This document shows positions 34,902-45,210 of a stretch of DNA of 64,000 bases, piece by piece (the stretch's first letter is position 1; each line of letters begins with the position of its first letter). Both the position numbers and the translations under genes were made by a program. The DNA is taken from NCBI GenBank assembly GCA_963831225.1, contig CAWHPT010000013.1:12916-76915 (forward strand), in the 5' to 3' direction. This DNA comes from an uncultured Alphaproteobacteria bacterium (lineage in GTDB: Bacteria; Pseudomonadota; Alphaproteobacteria; Rhizobiales; Xanthobacteraceae). The notes under the pieces are model-generated. The model was not told the origin of the DNA, ran no database searches, and worked only from the letters and a program-made list of their open reading frames with translations.

Positions 34902-34934
34902 GCGAAGGACCGCAACCGCGGTCCTTCGCTTTAT
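34902..34934 (+). terminator. Intrinsic terminator or attenuator on the plus strand, 88 nt upstream of the PHA-system gene
   Basis: GCGAAGGACCGC-AACC-GCGGTCCTTCGC forms a perfect 12-bp stem, followed by TTTAT. Confidence 0.65.
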
Positions 34935-35021
34935 GGCGAGTTCGATCTCAAGGGAAACGGCTTCTTCCATCCGCCCGCGTGTTTCCCATATCAGGCGGCG
35001 GATCTGCAGTGGGAAGCTTGC

Positions 35022-35333
35022 ATGTCTAAGCCGTTTATCGTGTCGATTCCGCACCGCCTGGGCCGTGAGGAGGCTGCGCGCCGCATCAAATCGGGCCTTG
35101 CCGTAGCCCGCGCGAACTATTCGTCGCTGCTCACTTTTCACGAGGAGAGTTGGGCGGGCGAGCAGCTTGCGTTCAACGTCAGCGCGCTTGGGCAAAACGC
35201 CGCTGGCCTGATCGACATCGCCGACGATCACGTGCGCCTCGAAGTCACGCTGCCGTGGCTGCTCGCCAAGCTCGCGGAGAAGATCGCGCCTGCGATCCGC
35301 AAGGAAGGCACGCTCATGCTGGAGAAGAAGTGA
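35022..35333 (+). CDS. Polyhydroxyalkanoic acid system protein (PHA_gran_rgn / TIGR02610-like), 103 aa
   Basis: ORF 35022..35333: the pattern MSKPFIVSIPHRLGREEAARRIK...GLIDIADDHVRLEVTLPWLLAKLAEKIAPAIRKEG fits this family. Confidence 0.65.
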   Translation: MSKPFIVSIPHRLGREEAARRIKSGLAVARANYSSLLTFHEESWAGEQLAFNVSALGQNAAGLIDIADDHVRLEVTLPWLLAKLAEKIAPAIRKEGTLMLEKK

Positions 35334-35385
35334 GCCGGCCGGCGGGTGCCCCGTCGCTGTCAAGCCAGCTCCGACAGAGCAACGC

Positions 35386-36268
35386 GTGATCCACAAATCT
35401 GATCCGCCCGCGCGCGGCCGGCTGGCAATGTTCGGTCCGGTCCTGCTCGGCGCCTCGTCGTTCGCCTGTGCCGACGTGACCAGCAAGATGGTGCTCAGGA
35501 CGGCGCCGATGTGCTCACAACTGCGACCATTCGCGGCTTTGTCGGACTGGCGCTCATGTATCTCTGGCTGCGGCTGGGCCGACCTCCGGTGTCGCTTGGC
35601 TCCGCGCAGCGAAATGGGTTTCGCTCGGACTCGGCACGCTGTTCGCGGGCAATGTGTTTCTGCTGTTCAAGGCGATCGAGACGATCGAGGTGCCGATCGC
35701 GATCCTCACTTACTTCGTCTATCCGGTGCTCACCGGCTTGGCGGCGGCGGCCACCGGCCTCGAAAGAATGACCTGGAAGGGCGCCGCCGCGGCCATTGCC
35801 GCGTTTCTCGGCCTGGCGTTGATGATCGGCGTGCATCCAACCGGGCTCGCGGTCGTCGGCATCGTCGCCGCGCTCGCCGCCGCGCTCTGCCGGGTGGCGA
35901 TGCTGCTGGTGACGCGCGCCAAGCTGCAAGGCGCCGATCCGCTGCTGATCACCTGGTACTCTCTCGTTTCCTCGACCGTGCTGTTCGCGCTGGTGTCGCT
36001 CGCTACCTTGAACTGGCAGCCGCCTGTGAGCGCGTATGGCTGGGCGACGCTGCTGGTTCTCGGCATCGCAATCACCACCGGAATCCTGGGCGTGTTCGCC
36101 TCGACCATGCGCATCGGACCATTCCGCACCGCGCTGTTCATGAATCTCGAGCCGCCGCTCGCCACCGTCGGGAGCGCACTGTTGCTGGGCGAGGTGATCA
36201 CGCCGCTGCAGGCGCTCGGCGGCACGGTCATGCTCGCGGCGCTGGTGGCATTTCAGGTGCGCAGATGA
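35386..36268 (+). pseudogene. EamA/DMT-family transporter, about 2 frameshifts in the first third
   Basis: TM-rich peptides lie across ORFs 35386 (GTG start), 35511 and 35654..36268 (e.g. PIAILTYFVYPVLTGL, LFMNLEPPLATVGSALLLGEVITPLQALGGTVMLAAL). Confidence 0.75.
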
Positions 36269-36421
36269 TCGACCGCAACCACGGCCGGACGAATGGTATG
36301 TCAGGAAGGCGAGGTTATGGCTGCCGAGTGGTGCTCGTGTACCTTGATTCGGTCGCAGCTTAACCCCTCGTTAACCATACCCGCGGCAGGGTCGGACGAC
36401 GCCCAACCAGGGAGCGCACCG

Positions 36422-37103
36422 ATGAACGTCATCACGCTCGCCTCACGCAAGGGCGGCGCCGGCAAGAGCACGCTCACCGCCCATCTCGCCGCCTGCGCCC
36501 ACGCCGCCGGCCGGCGCTGTCTGTTGATCGACGCCGATCCGCAGGGTTCGCTCACGCTCTGGCAATCGCTGCGGAAGGACGGCCAGCCGCCGCTCGCAGA
36601 GCGCCGCGCGCGGCATCGACCGCGCACTCGCCTTCGCCGGCATCGACGGCTTCGACTGGGTGTTCATCGACACCGCGCCCACCATGTGGGTGGTGGTGCA
36701 GGAGGCGATCCGCGCCGCCACTCTGGTGGTGATTCCGGCGCGGCCCGGCTTCTTCGATCTCAACGCCGTGCGCGAGACGGTGGCGACCGCACGCGAGCGC
36801 GACAAGCCCTACGCCGTGGTGCTCAATGCCGCGCCGTCCAAGCGCGACGACAAGGAAGCGCCGGTGGTCGCACATTCGCGCGCCTTTCTCGACAAGCACG
36901 GCATTCCAGTGTGGCACGGCCAGATCAGCCAGCGCGCCGCTTACGCGCTCACGCTCGCTGCCGGCGCCAGCGCCTGCGAGCTGGCGACGGAATCCGCGGC
37001 CGCCGCCGAGGTCGCGGGACTATGGTCGGCGGTCGAGCGCTCGGTCGAGGCGATCAATGCGGCGCATGCCGCCGCCCGCATCGAGGAGGGCAGGGCGGCC
37101 TGA
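36422..37103 (+). pseudogene. Orphan ParA/MinD-like P-loop ATPase (small plasmid-type ParA), frameshift near 36600-36660
   Basis: ATG 36422: VITLASRKGGAGKSTLTAHLA (deviant Walker A) and LLIDADPQGS are in the ORF 36293 frame. FIDTAPTMW and the remainder are in ORF 36660..37103. No full-length parB is adjacent. Confidence 0.8.
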
Positions 37104-37153
37104 GCAGCCGCATGGTATGGAGACGATGCGACCAAGATTGATCGTGAAATCGA

Positions 37154-37636
37154 CTACAACGAGAAATCACGCGAAACGATGTCGCTCCATGAGTAGGGGC
37201 ATGTCTCCGGAAACCGTTCCGCTTCGATATCCGTCTCCTTGATCGCCCTCAACCGCGCTCGGCGATATGCCCGTATGATCGCTTCATCGACCCGAGGGCG
37301 CAAGCCCGGATTGTCCGTAAGCACGTCGTGGAGTCGCAAACGCTGCTCACCAATCGAGGCCCACCAGGAGCGACCGCGACGTTCGGCCTGATGGTCCCAT
37401 TTCAGCATGTGTAGCATCAGCACGCGCAACGCGCTTTCCAACTTGTTGAACTGTTCGCGCCCCAAAGATTCGATCTCCTCGGCAAGATTCTCACGGTCGA
37501 GCGCGTTCCACCGGCCTTCGCGCACATGGCTAGCCTGCTCCATCAGCCATGAATAGAAATCGCGATCGTAGTCGGCCCGCAGCGGCTCGTCGGCAGGCGC
37601 GAGATCGATCTCGGGTTCAGTCGGACGTCCGGCCAT
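37154..37636 (-). CDS. DUF29 family protein, 160 aa
   Basis: ORF 37154..37636: YDRDFYSWLMEQASHVREGRWNALDRENLAEEIESLGREQFNKLESALRVLMLHMLKW...RGRSWWASIGEQR is the characteristic DUF29 pattern. GC is lower than in the neighbours. Confidence 0.8.
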   Translation of the reverse strand: MAGRPTEPEIDLAPADEPLRADYDRDFYSWLMEQASHVREGRWNALDRENLAEEIESLGREQFNKLESALRVLMLHMLKWDHQAERRGRSWWASIGEQRLRLHDVLTDNPGLRPRVDEAIIRAYRRARLRAIKETDIEAERFPETCPYSWSDIVSRDFSL

Positions 37637-37697
37637 GAATTCACCTCTGATGCAAGATAGCAGACTTGCTCACGCCTCAAGCGAGGAGGGAACAATC

Positions 37698-40336
37698 TCA
37701 CGAGCGCTCGACGTAACTGTCCACAACCCGCTTCTCGCCGGCCTTGTCGAATTCGACGATGAGCTTGTTGCCGTCGATGGCGGTGATGTTGCCGTTGCCG
37801 AATTTCTGGTGAAACACACGGTCTCCGATGGAGAATGCGGAGATCGTGCCGGTGGATTTTGCGACCAGCTCCCCCTCGATGGTGAGCGGGAGCCGCGTGC
37901 GCGCCCGGTGACCGAAGGCGCCCCGCCTCGGCGCTGAATCGAAGCCTGCGGGGCCGCCGGCATCTTCGCGAACGGAGCTCGCGTCGTACGAAAAATCCGG
38001 GCCGTCTTGGTCGAAACCCCTGCCACCGCTGCGGTCCTTGTTTCGCTGCGCACGCTGCCACCCGGGCGTGGTGTAGCTGGAGCCGAAATGGGTCATCTCG
38101 TCGAACCGCGATGCCCCGGCATAGCCGGAAAATCCGCCTTTCAATTCCTTCACCTCAACATTCGCTTCGGGCAATTCGTCGAGAAAGCGTGAGGGGATAT
38201 TCGACGACCAGGTGCCGTGCATGCGCCGATTGGCGGCGAAGTAGATTTCTGCCCGCCGCCGCGCCCGCGTGAGCCCGACATGAGCCAGGCGCCGCTCCTC
38301 TTCGAGCCCGGCCCGGCCCTGGTCATCCAAGGAACGTTGATGGGGGAACAGTCCTTCTTCCCAACCCGGAAGGAAAACAGTGTCGAATTCGAGTCCCTTG
38401 GCGGAATGCAACGTCATGATCGACACCGCCTCGCCTTCGCTGTTGTCAGTATCCATGACCAGAGAGATGTGCTCGAGGAAGCCGGCGAGATTCTCGAACT
38501 CCTCCATCGAGCGGATCAACTCTTTGAGGTTTTCGAGACGTCCGGCGGCATCGGCGCTGCGGTCCTTCTGCCACATCTCGGTATAGCCGCTCTCGTCGAG
38601 CACGATCTCGGCGAGTTGGGTGTGGGGCAGGACTTCCTTCTGCGCGCGCCAACGCTCGAACGCGGCAAGCACGTCGCGCAGTGCCCCGCGCGGTTTCGGC
38701 TTCAACTCATCGGTCTCGATCACCGCGCGCGCGGCGGCGGTGAGCGGAACCCGCTTCTTGCGGGCATGGTCGTGCAGCAGCGCCACCGTGGCATCGCCGA
38801 GGCCGCGCTTGGGCACATTGACGATGCGCTCGAAGGCGAGGTCGTCCGCAGGCGAATAAATCACGCGCAGGTAAGCGAGCGCGTCGCGGATTTCCTGTCG
38901 CTCGTAGAAGCGCGGCCCGCCGATCGACCCGATAGGGGAGGCCGAGCGTGACGAAACGATCCTCGAACTCGCGCATCTGAAAGGAGGCGCGCACCAGGAT
39001 GGCGATCTCGTCGAGCGGGTGCGGCTTGCCGCTGCCGTCGTCACGCTGAAGCTGCTCGATCTCCTCGCCGATGGCACGCGCTTCCTCCTCGGAATCCCAG
39101 CAGGAGGAGACCTGCACCTTTCGGCCCGGCTCGTCCTCGGTGCGAAGGGTCTTGCCGAGGCGGCCTTCATTGTGCGCGATCAGATGCGAGGCGGCAGCGA
39201 GGATATGGCCGGTGCTGCGATAGTTTCTTTCCAGCCGAATGATTCTTGGCGCCAGGAAAGTCATGTTCGAAACGCAGAATGTTGTCCACTTCAGCCCCAC
39301 GCCAGCCGTAGATCGACTGATCGTCATCGCCGACGCAGCAGATATTCTTCGCAGGCAGCCTCGGAGCTGCCGGTCCGGTTTCCGGTTGGGCTCCCTGATC
39401 GGCCCTTTCGACTCCGCCGGCGGCTCGTTCGGCAGCTCCGGGCTCGGCGACGCCCGCGCCTCCTTCACCGGCTGGTTGCGGGGTCGAGGGCCCTTGATGG
39501 CGATCCTCCTGCGTTGTTTGGCTCCGCTGCGCCAGCAGCCGCAGCCAGAGATACTGCGCGACGTTGGTGTCTTGATACTCGTCGACGAGGACGTAGCGGA
39601 ACCGGCCCTGGTACTGGCGCAGCAACTCGGGGTGCTCGCGCAGCAGCCGGATGCATTCGAGCAGGAGGTCACCGAAGTCGGCGGCGTTGAGGACCTTGAG
39701 CCGCTCCTGGTAGGCGGCATAGAGCTTCTTGCCCTTGCCGCCGGCGAAGCTCGCGGACTCCCCGGCCGGCACCTGGTCGGGCGTGAGGCCGCGGTTTTTC
39801 CAACTGTCGAGCAGGCCTGCCAGCACGCGCGCCGGCCAGCGCTTCTCGTCGATGTTCTCGGCTTCGAGCAACTGCTTGAGCAGGCGGATCTGATCGTCGA
39901 CGTCGAGGATGGTGAAGTCGGGCTTCAAGCCGACCAGCTCGGCGTGGCGGCGGAGAATTTTCACGCCGATCGAATGGAATGTGCCGAGCCACGGCATTCC
40001 CTCGACGACCTGCCCGACCATGGCGCCGACGCGCTGCTTCATCTCGCGCGCCGCCTTGTTGGTGAAGGTGACCGCCAGGATGTCGCCGGGACGCGCACGT
40101 CCGGTGGCAAGAATGTGCGCGATCCGCGTGGTCAGGACGCGGGTTTTTCCGGTGCCGGCGCCGGCCAGAACCAGCACCGGCCCATCCAGCGTCTCGACTG
40201 CTTCGCGCTGCTCCGGATTGAGATCGCTGAGATAAGGCGCCGCCGCTGCCGCGCGCGCGCGCGCGGCGATCCCGCCGGGTTGCGGCAGCCTCGGCGCATG
40301 ATCGGGATCGCGCGGCGATTTGCCCGGCTCGGCCAT
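37698..40336 (-). pseudogene. uvrD: ATP-dependent DNA helicase UvrD (helicase II), about 2-3 frameshifts
   Basis: Motifs LAGAGTGKTRVL, DEYQDTN and GDDDQSIYGWRGA are in ORF 39167..40678. LERNYRST is in ORF 38707..39720. TLHSAKGLEFD, VGLTRAR and the C-terminal GDRVFHQKFGNGNI domain are in ORF 37698..39170. ATG at 40336. Confidence 0.9.
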
Positions 40337-40538
40337 TTCCTGATCCGATGATCGCGCCGGCGACCAGCGTCGGCGCGCAGTGTTGCAGCGAATCCTCGAC
40401 CTAAGATGGCATTCGCGCAGGCCCATGGGGAGGGGTTGCGCACGAATGCCTTGTGCGTGCGGTGCAATCTCACCCGTCTTGGCCGAGCGACCGCAGGGGA
40501 CAAAAGCCTGACTTGGCGCATCCACGCGAGCGGAAGGG

Positions 40539-41084
40539 CTAGCTCTTCCCCGGCATTGCAATTCGCCGCCCGGCCGCTTCCGGCCGCGGCAGATGGGCGT
40601 GCGATGCCTGCATGCGAGCAAGGCGCTTGGCGACCTCGCCGGGAAAGGGCGCGGTCTTGCCCGCCGCCATATCGACATGCAGCGACATGTTCTCGGAGGT
40701 TGCGGAAACCCAGCCCGCTTCGGCGTGGAACAGCTGCTCGAAATAGTGCATGCGCTTGGCGTCGTAATCGAGCAGCTGGAAAGTCACCCGCACGGGGTCG
40801 CCGACGTGCAGCTCGCGCAGATAGCGGACATGCACTTCGGCGGTGAAACAAGAATGCCTGCGGGTGTTCACGTAATCGACGCCACAGCCGAGCAGCTCGA
40901 AGGCCTCGTCGACGGCGCGGTCGAACAGCACGTTGTAATAGGCCATATTGAGATGGCCGTTGTAGTCGATCCAGGCAGGCTCGACCCGCATCACCGAGGA
41001 GACGAAGGGAGCAAAGAACAGCGGTTCGATTTCGACACGGTCGAGCATGGGCAATCTTACAATGCCGGCGTTGCGCTCGTCCAT
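40539..41084 (-). CDS. Acyl-CoA thioesterase (hotdog fold, 4HBT/YbgC-like); start 41084 or 41048
   Basis: ORF 40539..41321: VMRVEPAWIDYNGHLNMAYYNVLFDRAVDEAF...AEVHVRYLRELHVGDPVRVTFQLLDYDAKRMHYF. Confidence 0.75.
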   Translation of the reverse strand: MDERNAGIVRLPMLDRVEIEPLFFAPFVSSVMRVEPAWIDYNGHLNMAYYNVLFDRAVDEAFELLGCGVDYVNTRRHSCFTAEVHVRYLRELHVGDPVRVTFQLLDYDAKRMHYFEQLFHAEAGWVSATSENMSLHVDMAAGKTAPFPGEVAKRLARMQASHAHLPRPEAAGRRIAMPGKS

Positions 41085-41162
41085 TCCCCCGGCACTTGCG
41101 GATGTTTGGTTGTAAGCCCACTTCCCTCGGATTGCGCCGGACGACGGAAGATTGAAAAAAGC

Positions 41163-42611
41163 ATGGTCAATGTGAGCTGGTTGCCGCCTTTTTTCGCGCA
41201 CGCTTCCGGGCGGCTGGCCAGCAATCTCGGCGAGCTTGCCGCCGGCGGTGCCACGGTTTGGCTCGCGGTCACCGGGCTCAGTCGTTCCGGCAAGACCGTC
41301 TTCATCACCAGCCTGATCCATAATCTGCTCAGCTCACTGCACAATCCGAACCGGATGCCGCTCCTCAATGTGGTCGGCGAGCGCCGGCTGCTGGCGGCCA
41401 ACCTCGAATCCGCCAAGGCGCTTCGGCTGCCGCGATTTCCTTATCGCATCAACATCGAGAAAATGGCCGGCAACCTGCCGGACTGGCCGGAGCGCACCGC
41501 CGACATCAGCGAGATCGGGCTCGAGGTCCGCTTCGTGCCGGCCAATGCCCTGGGCCGGTTTCTGAGCGAGATCACGGGCAACCCAGCGAGCCTGACAATC
41601 CGCATCGTCGATTATCCCGGCGAGTGGCTGCTCGACTTGCCCCTGCTCACGCAAAGTTACGCCGAATGGTCGCGTGCGACGCTTGCCGCGTTTCGCCGGG
41701 GCGTGCGCGCCGAGATCGCGCGCGACTTTCTCGCCTTCATCGCTCAGCACCGGCCGCATGAGGCAGCCAGCGAGGAGGTCGCGAAAAAGGCGCATGATCT
41801 CTATCGCGCGTGTCTCGTGGAGGCGCGTGACCGGCATGGGCTGAGCTTCCTGCAACCCGGCCGCTTCCTGTGCCGGGGCGCATTGGGCGACGTGCCTTAT
41901 CTCTGGTTCGCACCAATCGATGTCGGAGAGGGCTCCGACACATTTGCACCGGCAACGCTGGGCGCCTTGATGAGCGAGCGCTTCGAGGTCTACAAGCGCG
42001 AGGCAGTGACCGGATTCTACGAGCAGCACTTCCGGCACTATGCACGGCAGATCGTTCTGGTGGATGTGCTCCGGGCGCTGTTGGCCGGTCGCGACGCCTT
42101 CGACGACACCAGGCTCGCGCTCGACGCTATTCTCGAAAGCTTCCGCTATGGGCACGGCGGCATCGTATCCAAGCTGTTTCTCGGCCCGCACATCGACAAG
42201 GTGTTGTTTGCGGCGACCAAGGCCGACCATGTCCCCGACATCCAGCGCGACCACCTGGCCGCGCTCCTGCGCAACATGGCGGCGTTCCCCGCCCTGGAAA
42301 TGAAAAGCAGCAATGCGCATTTGGATGTGACCGCGCTCGCCTCCGTGATCTCGACGGCGGAAGACAGCCAGGAGATCGAGGGACAGCGGCTGCAGGTCGT
42401 GGTCGGCAGGCCGGTCGGTGCCCAAAGGCAATCGAAGTTCTTCGTCGGCAATGTGCCGATCCGGCCGCCACGGCCCGAAGCGTGGGGCTCGCCCTTCCTC
42501 AACGTGCCGGTGTTCGAGCCGCCCGCCATAGATCGGTCCCCGGTCGAGGGCATTCCCCACATCAATCTCGACCTGGCACTCGAATTCCTGGTGGGAGACC
42601 GGCTGCGATGA
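41163..42611 (+). CDS. ycjX: YcjX-like P-loop NTPase (DUF463), intact, 482 aa
   Basis: ATG 41163 in ORF 40593..42611: LAVTGLSRSGKTVFITSLIHNL (Walker A), IVDYPGEWLLDLPLL, VLFAATKADHV. Confidence 0.85.
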   Translation: MVNVSWLPPFFAHASGRLASNLGELAAGGATVWLAVTGLSRSGKTVFITSLIHNLLSSLHNPNRMPLLNVVGERRLLAANLESAKALRLPRFPYRINIEKMAGNLPDWPERTADISEIGLEVRFVPANALGRFLSEITGNPASLTIRIVDYPGEWLLDLPLLTQSYAEWSRATLAAFRRGVRAEIARDFLAFIAQHRPHEAASEEVAKKAHDLYRACLVEARDRHGLSFLQPGRFLCRGALGDVPYLWFAPIDVGEGSDTFAPATLGALMSERFEVYKREAVTGFYEQHFRHYARQIVLVDVLRALLAGRDAFDDTRLALDAILESFRYGHGGIVSKLFLGPHIDKVLFAATKADHVPDIQRDHLAALLRNMAAFPALEMKSSNAHLDVTALASVISTAEDSQEIEGQRLQVVVGRPVGAQRQSKFFVGNVPIRPPRPEAWGSPFLNVPVFEPPAIDRSPVEGIPHINLDLALEFLVGDRLR

Positions 42612-43646
42612 GCGATCCCTTGCGCGCTCCTGACACTGCATTCGCCCCGCGCGTGATCGAGGCGGACAGCCGACAATGGCGCCGCTGCGCCCGCCGCGGC
42701 CGCAGGTCATCGTGACCGAGCAAACGGATCCGATCACACCGAGCGACCGGGCGGTCGTGCCATCAACTCCGCCGGAGCCGGTACGCCGCCGCGACCGCGT
42801 CATCACTCTCGGCATCGCCGGCGTCACCGTGTTCTTCGTCGGGTGGCTGGCGGTTGATGCGGCCGGATGGGTATCCGCCGCGTTCGAGCGCAGCGCGACT
42901 TTGGGAGTGCTCGCGGCAACGGCAGTCACGGCTGGGGTGGCCGGTGCGGGGGTGGTGATTGCGCGCGAGGTGGTGAGCCTGTTTCGCCTCAAGAACGTCG
43001 AGGAAATTCATCGCCGGTTCGCCGACGAAGGTGTGGCACCGGCCGCAGCCCGGCAGGCGATCGCCGATGTGCTGGCGGTGGTCCCGCGCGAGCGCGAGAT
43101 CGAAGCTGCGATCGAGGTGTTTCAACGGCAGGTGCAGCTTCACCATTCCACCGGGCAGCAAGTAGAGCTCCTGTCGCGCACGGTGATGAAGCCGCTCGAT
43201 CGCCGCGCCGAGGCGCATGTGCGCACCGCCGTGTTACGTGCCTTCGGCATCACCGCCATCAGCCCGACGGCGCTGACCGATGCCGTATTCTTTCTTGCCT
43301 GCGGCGTGCGCATGGTGCGCGGGATCGCCGCCTCCTATGGCCACCGGCCGACTGCGGCCACGACCATTCATCTGCTGCGGCGGCTGGTGCTGGAAGCCGG
43401 CAAGCTCGGCGCGGTCGACATCGCCACCACCTCGCTGATGCAGCACCTCGGCGGTGCCGTGACCGAGCGGCTCGCAACCAGCGCCGCCGACGCGCTTTAT
43501 GCCGCCTATCGCATGGCCCGGCTGGGAATCATCGTGATGGACTTGTGCCGGCCGATTCCATTTGCGCAGGATGATGTCCCAAGCGTGGCTTCACTGGTCG
43601 CCAATGTGCTGCGGCGGCGATCGGATCCTCGCTCCGATCTGCCTGA
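42608..43646 (+). pseudogene. ycjF: YcjF-like membrane protein (UPF0283/TIGR01620), frameshift near 42675; 3' end unresolved (43646 or 43675)
   Basis: ATG 42608 forms an ATGA overlap with ycjX. TM pair ITLGIAGVTVFFVGWLAVDAAGW / LGVLAATAVTAGVAGAGVVIA, then ...ISPTALTDAVFFLACGVRMVRGIAASYGHRP.... The written frame has no stop and runs into the sigma gene. Confidence 0.75.
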
Positions 43647-43836
43647 TTTCCCGGCTGCAGCAGTCGACACGTTGACGATCGCCGGATGCGCATCGAACAC
43701 CGCGCGGGGTTGCCGATCCGGCCCCAATCCGCACTCGGCCGTTCTCCCCAGCTCGATCTGCCAAAAGGGCATTGACCCGGAACCATTTTCCGTCGAACGC
43801 ATTGTTGGATCGGGACGTGATAGCAGGGGACAAGCC

Positions 43837-44442
43837 ATGACATGTCGCTTTTACCCGGACGGGATCAGCCGCCGCAGTGCGTTCGCATGCAGCGGCGACG
43901 GAATCTTCCTCGGACGAGAGTTGCTGATCGCTCGGATCGCAGCCGGCGATCAACTCGCCATGCGAACGCTTTTTGCGCGATATCGGTCGCCGTTGTTTCG
44001 ATGGATGCATTCGCATCGTTCAGGAATGAGGCGCTGGCGGAAGACCTCTTGAGCGATGTTTTTCTCGATGTCTGGCGGCAAGCCGCGTCGTTCGAGGCGC
44101 GCTCCTCGGTTTCGACCTGGCTGCTGGCGATCGCGCGCTACAAGGCGCTGTCGGCGCGCCGCCGCCGCACCGACGCGGCACTGGACGACGAAGTCGCATC
44201 CGCAATTCCCGGACCCGACGGACGATCCGGAGATCGTGCTGCAGAAGAAGGATCGCGGCGAAGTGCTGCGCAATTCCCTGGCCAAGCTCTCGCCGGAGCA
44301 CAGCGAAGTGATCGACCTCGTCTACTATCATGGCAAATCGATCAAGGAAGTTGCCGAGATCGTCGGGACCGCCGAGGCCACCGTCAAAACGCGCATGTTC
44401 TACGCGCGCAGGAAGTTGGCCGAATTGGTCGAGGCGGCATAG
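43837..44442 (+). pseudogene. ECF (sigma-70 group 4) RNA polymerase sigma factor, about 2 frameshifts
   Basis: Region 2 (LLIARIAAGDQLAMRTLFARY... / EALAEDLLSDVFLDVWRQAASFEARSSVSTWLLAIARYKA) and region 4 (LSPEHSEVIDLVYYHGKSIKEVAEIVGTAEATVKTRMFYARRKL) lie across ORFs 42676, 43842 and 44056..44442. Confidence 0.85.
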
Positions 44443-44627
44443 CTCCGCTGGCGCTAAACTCAACCAAGCCAACAGATTTATCCACCGGCAGACTTGCCTG
44501 TTGCGATTGGTTCGGAACAAAATTGCAGGCGCACCTCCCCTGGGGGCGATCTCCCCAAGGTCCACATGTGCTGCCGGCTGGGATGACGATATCCGGACAG
44601 CCGTCCTCTGGTATTCGGAGCATCGCA

Positions 44628-45139
44628 ATGCGTGACATAAGCGTCCTGGTCGCTACTGTCTGTCGCGGTCCTTTTGGCCGGATGTTCCGACGCCCCCAGG
44701 CAGGGCGACGCGGGGCCGCCTGGACCTGCCGGGCCGCAAGGCGTGGCAGGTCAGCAAGGACCTGGTGGTCCGCAAGGTCCTCCGGGACCGCCCGGGCCGG
44801 CGGGTCCGCAGGGCGAGGCAGGGTTGCAGGGGCCTGCAGGTCCGCAAGGTGTCAGGGGCGAGATCGGGCCTCCGGGGGCGGCGGGAGCTAAAGGCGATCG
44901 CGGCGAGGCTGGTCCTTTGCGGGGAGGCGGGTAAGACTGGAACGGCGGGTCCTCCCGGTCCAGGCCCGCAGGCCCGAAAGGCGACCGCGGCGAACCAGGG
45001 CCTGCGGCGCAGGCGGCCGCGCTGCGCGTATGTCGAAGCTTCCGGAGATGTTGTCGCATGCAACGAAGGCGAAGTGCTGGTGTCGGTGATTTGCAGGGAA
45101 GGCGCTGCCAGCCTTGCAAGGAGCGGGGGCGAAGTGTAG
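44628..45139 (+). pseudogene. Collagen-like (Gly-X-Y repeat) lipoprotein with a small Cys-containing C-terminal domain, about 4 frameshifts
   Basis: ATG 44628, then lipobox LLAGCS (ORF 44674 frame). [71 protein letters not shown] continues in shifted frames as [28 protein letters not shown]. The tail is [28 protein letters not shown]... Confidence 0.75.
44704..45003 (+). repeat. 9-nt-periodic GGN-NNN-NNN (Gly-X-Y) coding repeat tract
   Basis: About 30 consecutive GXY triplets rich in Pro, Ala and Gln are visible in the translations of ORFs 44674..44934 and 44765..45139. Confidence 0.85.
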
Positions 45140-45210
45140 TGCAGCCGGGGGAGTTGGACTGTGCATGCGAAGGTAGCCAATGACCATGTTGGGCCAGTTG
45201 TGCGGCGGGC

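Noticed and set aside
39345-39520. Roughly 50-residue Pro/Gly/Ala/Glu-rich insert in UvrD between helicase motifs II (DEYQDTN) and III (GDDDQSIYGWRGA).
   Set aside because: It is probably a lineage-typical low-complexity linker. Novelty cannot be judged without aligning related UvrD proteins, and no function is suggested by the sequence.
42676-44052. Apparent YcjF-ECF sigma fusion protein (458-aa ORF).
   Set aside because: The linking segment (about 43650-43830) has no protein-like features. A normal SD plus ATG (43837) precedes the sigma part, and stops exist in both alternative frames at 43646 and 43675. Given the indel problem, a lost stop is far more likely than a real fusion.
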